From Tubulanus polymorphus (lineage: Eukaryota; Animalia; Nemertea): 64,000 nt of DNA. How positions within the stretch are numbered: position 1 is the first letter of the stretch; each line of letters starts with the position of its first letter. This document shows, piece after piece, positions 34,989 through 49,300 of the stretch. A program made the translations under genes and the position numbers. The stretch lies in NCBI RefSeq assembly GCF_964204645.1, contig NC_134034.1, positions 1,054,001 to 1,118,000 on the forward strand, read 5' to 3'. The notes beneath the pieces were generated by a model. The model did not search any database, was not told the origin of the DNA, and saw only the letters and a list, made by a program, of their open reading frames with translations.

Positions 34989-37308
34989 CAAACGTTGAAA
35001 TTCGACAGAGAAATCGGCCCTGAAAAACATAACGGGTTAATGGCTGAAAAATAGAACGTGTTAATCGCTGAAAAATAGAACGGATTAATAAACACGGAAC
35101 AGTACAGGACAGTACGGAAACGAACAGTAACACATAAAACATAAAGACGTCGTTCCTCAGGAAGCAGGAACAGGAGCGCAGCGAAGATCGCCAGGATCAT
35201 GATCGCCAGGAGAATCCACGGACGCATGTTCACAGTGTGAGAGAGCGGAGGTGAATGGTTTTCTGTGCTTGTACATACCGTGGTCAGCTGGTGACGCATT
35301 CCAATAGTGATCAATAGCGCGTATATGAACGATATCAATAACTCTGAAAAACCGCAATTGTGTCTCTCTATCGTTGAATGGATTTACATGTGAGAGCATA
35401 GGTTCCTGGCTGCACTGGGTTGAACACGCGCCAGTAGTCAGCTGAACAATATCGCGGAAGCCTAAGGCCTTAAAATAAATTTCTTCGATTCCCAACAGCT
35501 CCCCTCCGAATATAGCCGCCGCCGCCTGTTTTATTTGTCTTAAATTTTAAAATAATTTATAAACTTTGCCGACCGATAGCTCTTCAGTTAAAAATTCACA
35601 CCAACACAGCTGTCTTCATATCATAGAGCTTTTGGAATATTTCGTTTCATATACTGTACCGGTATAAAATATTACCGTACCGAGTCCCTCTTCAATGAAA
35701 ATTTTTTTCCACAATTCTGATGAGAATCAAGTATTTTTCTGCCCTTTGAAAAATCTCTAAAATAAAATAAGTCACCAAGGTTATTTATGTAGGCCAAACG
35801 AAAATGATACCTTGTTTCTCCGCAGCGACCGGGTCATTTTTGTAAAATATGATAGAATTTGTAACTGTGTCAACTTTCAAGCTCAGCAGAGGGGAGAAAC
35901 ATAAGGAACAGAACTATGCGGCGAAATATGATTGGACATGAAATTCAGTAATTCGATATTTTTCACAAAATCATCGAACTTGTAGAATAAGAAATGTTGG
36001 CAAAATACAGGGTTCGAACAGAGTCGATTTCGACACGGACTCGCGGGATTCCCCGCAGGAAATTTCTCCCGGCAATGACGTCATTATTTGCCGCGAAGCG
36101 CGCTCGGTGTTTGATGAAGTTTATTGGAATTAATCGCAATTTATCGTTGATTTTTCCACTTTGGAATATCAATAACGTCGCTGAATGACCGATTACCTAC
36201 AGTTTATTGCGTATGTTCTGATTGTTGAAGTTGTTAAGTTTTGAATTTCAGATTTGACGCAGTTTTCGGTGCGGGGTGCGGTCAGTTTACAATAAATTCA
36301 AACAATTTTATTCCACACTTTTTGAGCTACACTCGTTTTCGCAGAGACCCCGGTATTTGTAATGGTGGTCAGAGCTATGAATCACAGTGAAAATGTTAAC
36401 AGACATTCACCTCTCATCTATTCCTCCGTCGACCCTCTAATCCAGCCCCAACTGACAAACTGGAATAAAAAAGAATACTCCATCCAGTCCATATATAATA
36501 AATAACCACAGCCTGCCCTAAAAGCCTTACAGTATACAGGTTGTTACTATAACTTAAAATATTGAAAAGATAAGATAGACTTTCTCTCTTCATGTTCGGA
36601 ATTTGTTTCTAGGCCCGGCCTAGCAGTTTAATTTCAGTGAATAATTCTCAGCTAGCCCTTAGTTTAAAGATTTTAAAAATTACCTTGATTGCCGGGGAGA
36701 GGCCCCTGGGAGGAGCTTGTTGAGCTTGCTGCTGTGATGAATTACTCTGATGACTAATCTTATTTGATCCGGGGCCATTATTGTGATTTGTTGATTTCTT
36801 TAAAACTCTTCCCAAAATGCTTTAAAAGATAAAATGTGCTCGAAATCCCTTAGAGCAAAATGCCTGAAACTTCTCAATAGGTTGAAATATTGAAAATAAT
36901 TTTAGTAGTATTCCTAAGTTGGAACAGTTAGGACCAGAATTAGATTTATCCAGGTAAACAGAACTGATATAAGAGGAGTTTTACTGTAATTGAGATATGA
37001 AAGTGATGCAGACATTTTCTGAAAATTTGAAATTGTTTTTAATCTCCTGAAACTCCTTATATTCAGGAATGACCAGAACCCTGGATCCAGTTCCACAGTT
37101 CTGAGTTAAATTTCACTCTAGAGTTAAAACATTGATAATGAACTAACTCTCTCAGATTTAACTCTAACTCACAACTTAAGAACCGGGTCCTGATTTAGTC
37201 GAGTACAAATGATTAAAGATATTCTATTTCGCGTTAATTTCTGAATTGTTTCTCATGTAGATGAAGTCACGAGATCGCTCATTAGTAACACCTTGACCTC
37301 GAGTTAAG

Positions 37309-40300
37309 ATGGCCGCCGTGGAGGCGTCTGTCCAAGCGGCAGCAGATGACGCGTCCAGCTACGTCGAACAGCTCGTTAACCTATCCAAGCAAACCGATAA
37401 ACTAAGTCTATATTCCAAATTGATAGAGTAAGTTGTTTTCCGGCGAAGAATGTTTGCGTTCGATAAAATTTCAGGCTCTAAATTATAAATATCGGGACGT
37501 TTCTTTTAAGGCGTTTGAAAGATAAAAGCGTATTGGAGGATTTTGTCGCGAAAGTTCGTAATTATTCGAGCGTCATTCCGTTAGCCGTCTGCACCGACGT
37601 CCTCGGCAGCAGTGACGTTCAACACCAACAGATGGCGCTCTGTCTACTCGGATATTTGATAAACGACAAAACTAACGTCCAGTGAGTAACGGGTTTAAGA
37701 TGAGACCGGTTTATGCTAATTTCGGCCCAGTTGTTCAATTGAGACTTTAAGTAAGCGCGGGCTAAGCTCATTTAAATCCAGTTCTACGGTTGTTGAGACT
37801 TAGGATAAAACCGGTCTCAGTTCTTTTTTGTGCAGTTCCACAGTCGAGACCTGAACGGGCTAAACTCATTTCGGGCCAGTTTTACAATTGTAACTTAAGA
37901 CAAGACCAGGCTATACTCATTTAGGTGCAGACCGGGGCTCAGCTGATTTCTCGATATCTTGTTTCAGGACATTCCCGAGTGGTGAATGTAGTTTGATGAT
38001 TAAACAAATTTGTTCAATTATCTGCGGTACAAAAGACAAGGCTACATGCACCAGAGCCCTCTGGTGTATGACAAAGCAAGCATTTCCATCTGACGCACTT
38101 ACCGACGAGGTTTGTATGGCTTCCTTCATAAATCCCCCTATGACGTCATCAAATTGCGTAGTTAATTCTGATATTTTGCGTGTGTTTTCAGTTGCAGACT
38201 ATTTTAAATGTTTTGGATCATGTGAAGAGTCAGTTCCAATCTTCAGTTACTGTCGACCTGGAAGCAATTAACACGATATACAGGTATTCTAAAACTGAGT
38301 TTATATCTGGGTCTGGTTTTATGGACCAGCTTTAACTGGCACCCTGCAGGGGCTGCTTTTATAGACCAGTTTTAACTTGAACCTTGCAGGGTCTGGTTCT
38401 ATAGACCAGTTTTAACTTGAACCTCGCATCGGCTGGTGTTATAGTTATAGACCAGTTTTAACTTGAACCCTGCAGGGACTGGTTTTATAGACCGGTTTTA
38501 ACTTGAACCAAGCAGGGGCTGGTTTTATAGACCAGTTTTAACTTGAACCCTGCAGGGGCTGGTTTTATAGACCAGTTTTAACTTGAACCCTGCAGGGTCT
38601 GGTTTTATAGACCAGTTTTAACTTGAACCCTGCAGGGGCTGGTTTTATAGACCAGTTTTAACTTGAACCCTGCAGGGGCTGGTTTTATAGACCAGTTTTA
38701 ACTTGAACCCAGCAGGGGCTGGTTTTATAGACCAGTTTTAACTTGAACCCTGCAGGGGCTGGTTTTATAGACCAGTTTTAACTTGAACCCTGCAGGGTCT
38801 GGTTTTATAGACCAGTTTTAACTTGAACCCTGCAGGGGCTGGTTCTATAGACCAGTTTTAACTTGAACCCTGCAGGTGCTGGTTTTAATAGACCAGTTTT
38901 AACTTGAACCCTGCAGGTGCTGGTTTTAATAGACCAGTTTTGACTCGAACCAAGCAGGGGCTGGTTTTATAGACCAGTTTTAACTTGAACCCTGCAGGGG
39001 CTGGTGTTTATTTAGTAAGCACTAAAGACGCATTTAAACGGTGATATTTCTAGGTTACGAATACAGATTCCGAATGCGATGAAATTGAACGTGTTGCGTT
39101 GGTCGAAACTCGTGTTTCCGTTGTTGACTCACAACGCGCTGAAAGTACGACAACGAGCCGTGTTCATTATCGAGAAATCCGTAGCAGACGATCTGTTCGA
39201 CGTAGCAGACGACTCAATGATGAAAATATCGAATTCGTTGAAAGCGGTGAGTGCTGAATTCTACAGGGCAGAGTGGCGGGGGTGGGGGGTAGAAATACCA
39301 GCGTCTATTTCAGCTTGTTTGAAAGGACCTACCTGAATCAGTTTTGGTAATACGTACCTAGGTATGGAATAGGACCAGCGCAGACGCGCAGCTAAACTAA
39401 AATATTGATTTTTAATCCATTTTACTCTGTATTGGAAGGGGTAGAAATTCTAGGCTCAAAATACATGTATGATAAGGTGGCTGCTTACCTGGAAATCTGA
39501 AAAAAGTCGGGGGACTTTCTTTACTTTGAATTTTTTGTCGAAGGGTCAGGGAAATATCAGGAAATTTTGGATTCCCTAATCTGTAAGAAACCTGATAAAT
39601 CTTTGGGGTCGAAATATGTCAAAATTTGCTTCAATTCTTGTGAAGTGAATTTCTTTGTATTTTGGGTTTTTTTTCTAAAATGAATTTTGATTTCGTTTCT
39701 GCAGGAAATGCTGCCAAATTTATTGCGATTGATGACGCTGAAACAAGAAACTCATGCGTTGAAAGTTTGGTGTTTACTGGTTAAAATACTCGGAAAGGTT
39801 CGTACAATGGCCGCCTTCATAAATCCCCTTATGACATCATCAAATTGTCTACTAGTGATTTGATCTATAGACACTTCTAGAAAAGATGTCTTCCTCCATA
39901 AATCCCCCTATGACATCATCAAATTGTCTACTAGTGATTTGATCTATAGACACTTCTAAAAAAGATGTCTTCCTCCATAAATCCCCCTATGACATCATCA
40001 AACTGTCGACTAGTAATTTGATCTATAGACACTTCTGGAGAATGATGGCTACCTCCATAAATCCCCCTATGACATCATCAGTTTGACTAGCAATTGGATC
40101 AATAGGCCCTTCAAGAAAATGGCTTCTTTCATAAATCCCTCTATGATGTCACCACTAGTGATTTGATCCAAATCCACATCTAGAATGCTTGAAAGATGGT
40201 TGCCTCTATAAATCCCCCTATGACATCATCGCTGTTTGATCTTTTATCAGGTATTGCATCATGGTAGTTTCATCAATCAGATGTTACCGATCGTCGAGAA

Positions 40301-43300
40301 TGGTTTCAAAAATCCGTCTGCTGAAATCAAAATAGCGTCGTTCAATTGTTGGCGATGTCTGATTGAAAATTTCGCAATCAACCAAAGTGAGTCTTGAAAA
40401 ATGGCTGCTCCCGTAAAATCGATGATGTCATAGGAGGATTTATGGTATTATTTTGAAATTTTTTTTAAAGAAATTTTGACTGACAATAAAAGGGTGAAGT
40501 TACTGATGCAAGTTTTCCGAATCAACAACGCGAAGGTCGAATCGGTCGCCCTTGTCAAGGTCAAGGTCTGGTGGTATTTCATTCGGCGGCTCGGCGACAA
40601 AGCATCGCATTTTTTCGACGCAGTAAGTGTTTATTTAGATCTCTAGCTTACGATAAGACCGGGTTGAGCGCTGGCTTTGGTCCAGTTCCGTTGATTCTGT
40701 GGTTAATGTTTTCAGGTGTTGCTGCCATTGCTGCATTTTCTGTTCGGCACCTCGGCTAAGTCGAACGTTCCCATCACACCGTCGAGGAAACAGTCCCTGG
40801 CAGGCGGGGGCATTCCGACCACGCCTACTACTAACCCAATTATCCAAAATCTAGGTCAGTATTGAAAATTTATTTTTGAATTTATTTTTGTTGATCGGTT
40901 TAACAGTGCTTGCTAACTAATATCTTTTAGTGCTGGAGATGATTTGAACATTTCAAAAAATTTCCACCCCAGCGTAATTAGTGCGTCTACCCCATGGTGC
41001 GGTGTATTCTTAATTACTAATAGTTTGCTATGTTCGACAGATGCTGCCATCTTTCAATAGAGATAAAAACTAAATACGAATTTACGTTAATACACAGCAG
41101 TGCGGTGCCCAAGCGAAGTCCATCACCGATTTATACACCGCACTGGGTTGTAAATGCGGTGTAGAAAGGCTTTTAATTATCACACAAGATTTTCTCCGCG
41201 TTGCAGGTCTTGGCACGCCGTCGACGCCGAAGTTGAATTTATCTTCGCTAGGTGGCGCTACGTCGTTCAAATCTATTCAGAAGCTCGGCTGTGAAGTGAT
41301 CGCTCATATTCTGTGCGCGCCAGACGCGGAGAACAACAAATCGTTTGAGTTTACGTTAGGTGAGCTGGAAATTGTGAAAAAAAGGGTCACGTCTGCTTGA
41401 GATATTGTGGAAAAATGGCCTCGGGGTCAGATACATTTGAGAAAAAAGATCTGCTAGATGGTTGCTTTAAATCTTTGAAAAAACATGGAACTGTATGATG
41501 TATATAAAAAAATTCTTGTGATTCTCTCTGAAAAATGGGTTATCTGCTTTAAATATTGATTATGAAAATTGATCTTAGAAAAATCGTGAAACCGTTGCGA
41601 TCCGGGATTAGGTTCCTGTTACTGATTCGATCGCGATCTCGTTTCAGAACCGTTAGAAGCGAGCGCGATCGCCGGGCCGACGTTTTTCAATAAATACGGC
41701 ATCGCGTTGATTCACGCCGTCTGCGAAAGTTTCCGTCAAGAAATATCAGGTCAGTGAAAACGGGGCGACTCCTGCGACTCCTCAACTCCTTAAAAACTCC
41801 TTCTAAACTGAAAATGCTTTTAAAGGTGCTTTAAACTCCTTTCATTTGAACACAATGCCCAAAACTCCTTTACGATGGCTGTTAGTCAACAGCCGAAAAG
41901 TTGTGGTTTCATTTTAATAAATTATTTCATATAAAATTCGAATTTTGGCACTTCTTCAATTAATCCTTCAAACTCCTTCAATATTGAGAAGTACATAATT
42001 AGAAATTAGAGAACAGTTGGAACCAGGATTTTTTTAACCCGTTTATGCGGTTTTATTTTTTGTTTCTAGACGAGTTGATGATGTATATTTGGAATTCGTT
42101 GGTTTATCACGTCCGTCGTGTGATCACAGACGTACCGAAACCGATCAATGTCGAGGTCGTTGTACAGTTCCTGGTCGCGTTCCGAAACGTTCTCATCAAC
42201 GATACGCTACCGACCGACATCGCCACGGTACCCAGTCAATTCAAAATTTAAAAAGCGTCTGCCATTTCATTCGCGTAGGGAATTTGAATTTCTGGAAAAA
42301 AATTTTTTTTGAATTTTTTTTTTTCAGAATATGTTTCTGGCCGTCAGCCGTCTGCCCAACAAAGCGCTCGCTTCTCCGTCTTATCACGTCGGTAACATGT
42401 TACAGGTAAGATGTCTGCTTACATAAATCACCCTATGACATCATCAGATTTTTTCGATTAATCATTTTATATCTAAAAACACTACTAGAAAAGATGTCTG
42501 CCTCCATGAATCCCCCTATGACATCATCAAATTGTCTACTAGTGATTTGATCTATAGACACTACTAGAAAAGATGTCTGCCTCCATGAATCCCCCTATAT
42601 TCCTACAATGGCCGCCTTCGTAAATCCCCCTATGACACCATCAAATTTTCTACTAGTGATTTGATCTATAGACACTTCTAGAAAAGATGTCTGCCTCCAT
42701 AAATCCCCCTATGACATCATCAGATTTCTATTTCAGACGGTTCCTGCTCAGTATTTGCTACATCTTTTATTTGAATCAAATCTGCTATTATTATGTATCG
42801 TACGAGATGAAAGGTTAGTACTAAACGTTGGCACGGAGTCGTGGACTGGCATTTGGCCTCGCGGTTTTTCTAAAAAAAAAAAAAGAAGAAATTAACTTAT
42901 AATTTGAAATATTTTGTTAACGATTTTTTTTTCGCCAGATTTTTCGTGATATTTGAAACGCTCGTGAAGTCGGGGTTCATATTCCAGCCGTTGAACTTCG
43001 TGGAGAACACGCTGGAGTTGGTGATACAAGCGTCTGATCGGATCGGTAATGCGGAGATGTTGTGGAGACTGTGGAGTTGTATCGTGAAACATCTACACCA
43101 TCACATCCAACAAGTACGTTCGATCCCCCTATGACATCATCGAATCCAACGAAACATGTCCGCCTCGAGTCCCCCTATGACATCATCTAATTGTCTAATG
43201 ATTTGATCTATTGACATTTACAAATAAGGGGTCCACCTTTATGAATCCCCCTATGACATCATCAAATTGGCAACTACCTAGGGATTCGGTGTATGGAAGA

Positions 43301-46300
43301 CTTCTAGAAATGAAGATGTCTGCCTCTATACATCCCCCTATGACATCATCAAATTGGCAACTACCTAGTGATCAGATCTAGACACAGTTTCTGTAGTCGG
43401 TAGAAACCAATTTGATGATGTCATAGGGTGATATAAGGTAGCAGATGCCATCTTTTCGTAGGTTCTGTATATAATTTCTGATCGAGTTTTTAAATTGTTG
43501 TGTTATATTTTCGTCGCGCAGGGCAACCAGGTGAATCAGGGCGACGCGTTGGAGCATGATTTCAGCTGTATTTACAAAGCGCTGTTGTTTCCGATTATGC
43601 ATTTACGCAATGACCTTCCCGCAGTGAGTATCTCAAATCTCATCCTTAAAAACAAAAACCCAGTCGGTTCAATGGTTTTCTTGAAATCAAGTATGAATTG
43701 GGTCACTTTGAGGATTAGATAACTTGTAAAAAATTTTCTTCAATTGTATCTCAAATCTCTTCCCGGGAAATTAAATCTGGTTCAGGAAATCAAGAATTTT
43801 TTTTTTTTGTTGAAATTTTCTCCCAAATTCTTCAATTGTATCTCAAATACTTTCCCGGGAAATGAAATCTGGTTCAGGAAATCAAGAATTTTTTTTTTTG
43901 TTGCTGAAATTTTCTCCCAAATTCTTCAATTGTATCTCAAATCTCTTCTCGGGAAATGAAATCTGGTTCAGGAAATCAAGAATTTTTTTTTTGTTGCTGA
44001 AATTTTCTCCCAAATTCTTCAATTTTATCTCAAATCTCTTCCCGAGAAATGAAATCTGGTTCAGGAAATCAGGAATTTTTTTTTTTTTTTAAATTTTTTT
44101 CCAAATTCTTCAATTTTATCCGATGAATTATCTCAATTTTTTCCTGCAAAATTGTTGTCGTATTTTCAGCCAACGTTGAAAACGATGGTGCATTCGTGGA
44201 CCGAATTGTACGCGACGTTCTCCCACCAGGCGGCGCTGGTAACGAACGTCGACGCGAACGGCTGGTGCGAGGGAACGTGCGAGTTGATTTTACGCGACGC
44301 CGTTTCGTCGTGGTCATCGCCGGTAACCGGGGAGGAAGAGCGTTCGAAGATTAATTTGCCGTTCGTCGAAACGTTGACGCAGATGTGTCACGTGATGGTC
44401 GAGAACGTGGACTTCTCGGCGTTTTCGATGGGGCAAGGGCAACGGTCAGGTAATCAGAAAATTTATGCCATTTACCATGCTGCTCAAAATCCATCCCCGA
44501 ATTTGAGAAATAACAAATTTGAAATTTTGAAAGATTCTTCATGGATGATTATTATTTTGTTTGTTTGTTTGATTTCGTAGCTCATAAAAGTCCTCGTAAA
44601 CTCGGAGCCGGCAGACGATCGCTGAAACGTTTGGGGAGTCTCCACTCGCTGGTCGCGCTCGTCGGTAAACTCATCACGTCGCTACACTCCGATCAACACG
44701 ATCCGTCTGCTCCGCTAGGTGGCACCACCGTCGCTGCAAACATCGACAAAGTAATGATTATATTGATTCAAATCCTTAAACAGGGTTCCTTAAAAACTCC
44801 TTCAAAACATAAAATGCTTTTAAGACTGCTAAACTGCTAGAATAACGGTTTTAATTGTCGCATTTATTCTCGAAAATAATTGAAATCGTTGTATAATTTC
44901 AGACAACATTGTCGCTTCTACAATCGGCTGCCGGGCACCTGGTCGCCACGCTGACGATTTTATTCTCGCGCGTTACGAATAACTACATCGCGGCTCAGCT
45001 GGTGAATCATTTGACTCCCCAGGTGGCGCTGATTTACGAACACAGCTTACGTAAAGGACCGATGAAGATTTACAGCAATCCACTCATGCAGAAGGTAACA
45101 TTATGTACACTTCTTGAAAAGATGTTTGACTCCATAGATCCCCCTATGACATCATCAGATTGGCTACCAGTGAAAGATATCTTCCTTCATATGACGTCAT
45201 CATCAAAGGACCTTAAGAGACTTCTAAAAAAGATGGCTACTTTGTTAATTTTCCCTATGATGTCATCCTTCTGTGATCTAATTTGCTGATGTCATAGGGG
45301 TTTTAAGGGGAAGCCATCTTTTTAGTAGACAGTTGATGATGTCATAGGGAGATTTATGGAGGCAGCCATATTTCCCTGAATGATTATTACGTTTAAGGTC
45401 TGATCGAGAAATTTATATTTTTTCAGCTGGAGAAACTCTGGTCGGATATCAGCGCGTGTTTGCAACACCGTTTCAACGGAGTCTACGATTCGGAATTGTT
45501 AAAAAAGGTGGCGCCGCTGTTGTCGATAACGATGCTGCATCCGCGACGTCCAATCAAGAATCAGTCGATCATTTTATGGGGCGCGACGTTCGGCAAATCT
45601 ACGATTCTCGAATATCCGGACGTGTTGAAGTGAGTTTATAATGGATGGCTCCGAATTGTGCGGTATGCGGAGGCATACCTTTCTCTTAAGGGGGGCTTAA
45701 TGTATAGTGTATATATAATCAATAGTAATTTTTCTAGTGGATGGCTCCGAGAATTTCCAAATCATAGATTGCATTTTGAGTGATGCTTTTCTCTAATAGG
45801 TGGCTGGGAGAATATCAAAAAAAGCTCATCCACTATCTTATCACGACGTTCTGCGTTATCCATCCCCTGATTGCAATCAAATATGGCATTCAAGCCATCC
45901 CTTTCTTCACTGGAGCCATCCTTTCTCCAGTGGAGCATGGCTTCTCTCTAGTAGAGCAATCTCTTAATCCTCTCAAAAAATTGCGACAAATTTCATGATT
46001 TAGGGTTTTCTTATTTCAAATTTTTCAAATCGATTACATGCGATTCTGTTACAGGCCGGTGCTGATGAAAGTCAAAGAGAAATCTGCTATAATTCTGCCG
46101 GGTTGGCACGCCGTCGAATTGACGGTCGTCGAGGAGACTCCCGTCAGTCAGTGTAGTCAGCAGACGGAGGCGTCGCAGGTTCCGATGCCGGACATCGTCG
46201 GCATTCCATCGCCGACGAAAATCAGCGGCAGTTTTCTGAACAAAATCACGTCGCCAGGGGGCGCCGCTAAATTGATGTCTCCGAAGCAACGTGCGCGACC

Positions 46301-49300
46301 GGAGTTCTTATCGCCAGGGGGCGCTGTGCCAGTGACATCAAAACGCAAGCTGAATCTGTCCGTTAACGAATTGAAAGATGATGTAAGTGTTGGGTCTAAA
46401 ATTTTGGTGATGTAAATTATTAAATTCATTTAGTCTGCCCAACGCTGACCTTGACCTCATCGTTGTGTTTCTAGGAGTTCGTCGTGATCGCTCCGTCCCC
46501 GAAACGCCGTCGAATTCTCACCGATCATCAGAAAGAGGTTCAACGCGAGCGAGCCGTCTGCCCGGCGTTATACAACAATCTAGACGCGTCGCTGTCGTCA
46601 CAGTTTATAGACAACAATACTCAGAGTCAGAGGTAAATAATATACGTATTCTATAAATATGAGTGAAAACTTCTATAATTAACCTTAAGTTCCACTTCCA
46701 CAGTTCCACATTTGTCTGGGTGTTTGAGTAGAGAGCAGGGGCTGCAGTTGCTCAAAATTTGGCAATTAAAAGTTCACTTTTACGATGGCTGTAGAACTGA
46801 GTTGAGAACTGAGAACTGGATCCACAACTGTGGAACTGGATCCACAACTGTGTTACTGGTTCCAAAAATGTGGAACTGGATCCACAACTATGGAACTGGA
46901 TCTACAACTGTGGAACTGTATCCACAACTGTGAAACTAAATCTACAACTGTGGAACTGGATTCACAACTGGGATTTCTCATGACTTGATTCTGAACATTA
47001 ACCCAGTCCTCGTAGTAAGGTTGAATTATTTCATTCTAATGATTGGTTTTATTTTGTCTCGTAGTTTCGCGGCGACGCCGTCGCCGGTCGACAATTTACA
47101 GATCGTTTTTCCGCCCGTCTCGAAACTGAAACAGTCGTCGCCGCCGGAGAACGACGAAAACGACGATAAACATCGAAATGCTGGGAATTCGGAACCGGTC
47201 GTCGTGGGGGCGAAACAAACGAAACCTGGCCGACGTAAGAGTGTCCAATTCGCCGATACAATCCCGGCGCCGACGCTGTTCACCGACGAGGAATCGAACA
47301 TCGCGAATTTCACGCCGTTCTCGCAATATCTGTCGCCGAAGACAGATAAAACCAGCCACGACGACGTCGAAGTGGTTTTCACGGAAACGACGAAAAACGC
47401 GGCGGACGAGATCGACGACGACGATCGCGACGAGTCGGGTTTAAATTCGAACTGCGAAGTCGAGAATTTTATCGACGAAACAAGTCCGGCAGTGAACGAG
47501 CAGATAGATATCGTTGAGCAGACGGATACTGCTGAGCAGACGGATACTGTGGAACAGGTGGATACTGCTGAGCAGGTGGATGCTGTGGAACAGATGGATG
47601 CTGTGAAGCAGACGGATACCGCTGAGCAGACAGACATTGTCGAGCAGGTGGATAATTCTCGGCAGACGGATATCGCTGAAGTTCCCGATGAAGTCATCAT
47701 CGAGTCGACGACGACTCCGCGTGACGAAACGACAGAAATTACAAATTCGAATTCCTCGACAGACGCGGCAGACGTAGAACACGATCGAGTTGAACGCGAA
47801 ACCGCGGCAGCGCCACCGAATAAAAAAAGAAGAGGGAGAAAACGTAGTAAAGGCAATGTGTTCGTCATAACCGTTACGAAAAATACATCGGAGAACGCAA
47901 GCGAGAAACCGTCGGCAACGGACGATACGCAAGATGACGGTAGAGTTAGCGAGACGCCGCATGGACTGATTCCGTCGTCGCATGAGGAAGTGACTCCGCA
48001 GCGGAGATCGAAGAGAATCTCCACTTCGCAAGTACAACCAGTAAGTAATTAATTATTACTAGTCAATTGATTTGTTAAAACTTATTCACAGGGTTTATTC
48101 TAAACCTGCAGGGAAAATCAAGGAATTCTGACTTTTTTTCATAGATCAGGGAATTCTGACTTTTCTTAACAATCGGGGAATTAGAATTGTTGTTGGTGTC
48201 TAGTTGTTCTTGCTGTTGATGAGTGGCACAAGGAACCTCTTCATAAGAAACAGCCCCAACTGAGAATATCTTATAATTTAATGCGGGAATTTGAATTTTT
48301 TGGGTCTTGTTGATCTTCTTCATGGCGAGTTGCACAAGGAACCTCTTGATTAGGAACAGCCCGTACTGTCAGGGACAGTTAGTTCAAGGGTCGGGAAAAC
48401 AAGGGGAAAGAGTACAGAATTTTGGATTGATCTATTAAGACCCCTGAATTTCTGTTCACAGGAGTTGTTAATTGGTAAGTTAATTAATTAAATCCTGATT
48501 CATATTTTAGGCCGACGCCGACGAAAGTCGGAAAAAACTCAGTCTTTTCGCTCGATCTCTAGAAAATGCTCCACTCGACGAGAAATCGGACTCGCGACGA
48601 ACGACTCCTCGAAAACATTTCATCCACGTCGAAGAGACGCTTTCTCCGTTTAAAAAACCACCCGCCGTTAGCGAAACCGTCGATAACAACGCGGTAATGG
48701 TCGTCGAGGAGACGCAATCGCCGGAGAAATTCTTACGTAAGAAAGCGAGTTCACTCGAAGCGATGGCGTCTCCGTCTGCTCGGAATTTATTCGAGAAGAT
48801 TCTCGAAGCCGTTAACAATGACGATTCGTCGCCCCCGACGACGCCACCAGTAGCAGACGGAGAATTGAATACATCGCTCGTCTGTATTCCGAACACGCAG
48901 GAAGATCTATTAAGCAGTTTCCACGACGACAACAGTGATAATAACGAAGGCGGCAATTGTTGCGTTCCCGAATCGCAGGAGAATTCGAATTTGGAATCGG
49001 GCAGACGATCGCCGATCGTCAAGCTGCAGAAATTGACCGCGAAAGTTTTGGATTATTATAACAAAAAGTCTTCGGCTTCAGCGGCTGCGCCCGGCGACGA
49101 TGAAGATATCGTGCCCCCTTCCCCGGAGAAACTGTCGGTACGGAAGAGGAAGCGCGGGCGACCGCCGAAAAATGTTAAAATGAGCGACATTTCAATCGCG
49201 TCTCAGGAATCGGGGGTCGGTTTATTGTCGCAGACAACTGATTCGTCGTGTTCGAAGTCGCAAGAGCGGAGTCCGTCTGTGACTCCGGAGCAAGAGGGGG

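Larger units (their letters stand above)
28800..35500 (-). ncRNA. Putative spliced long non-coding transcript divergent from RIF1, carrying a long hairpin
   Basis: Series of minus-strand splice signals: donor after 35279; acceptors before 35019, 34255, 34088, 29630 and 29242; donors after 34174, 29716 and 29516; AATAAA at 28824-28819. No long ORF found. Boundaries uncertain. Confidence 0.35.
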
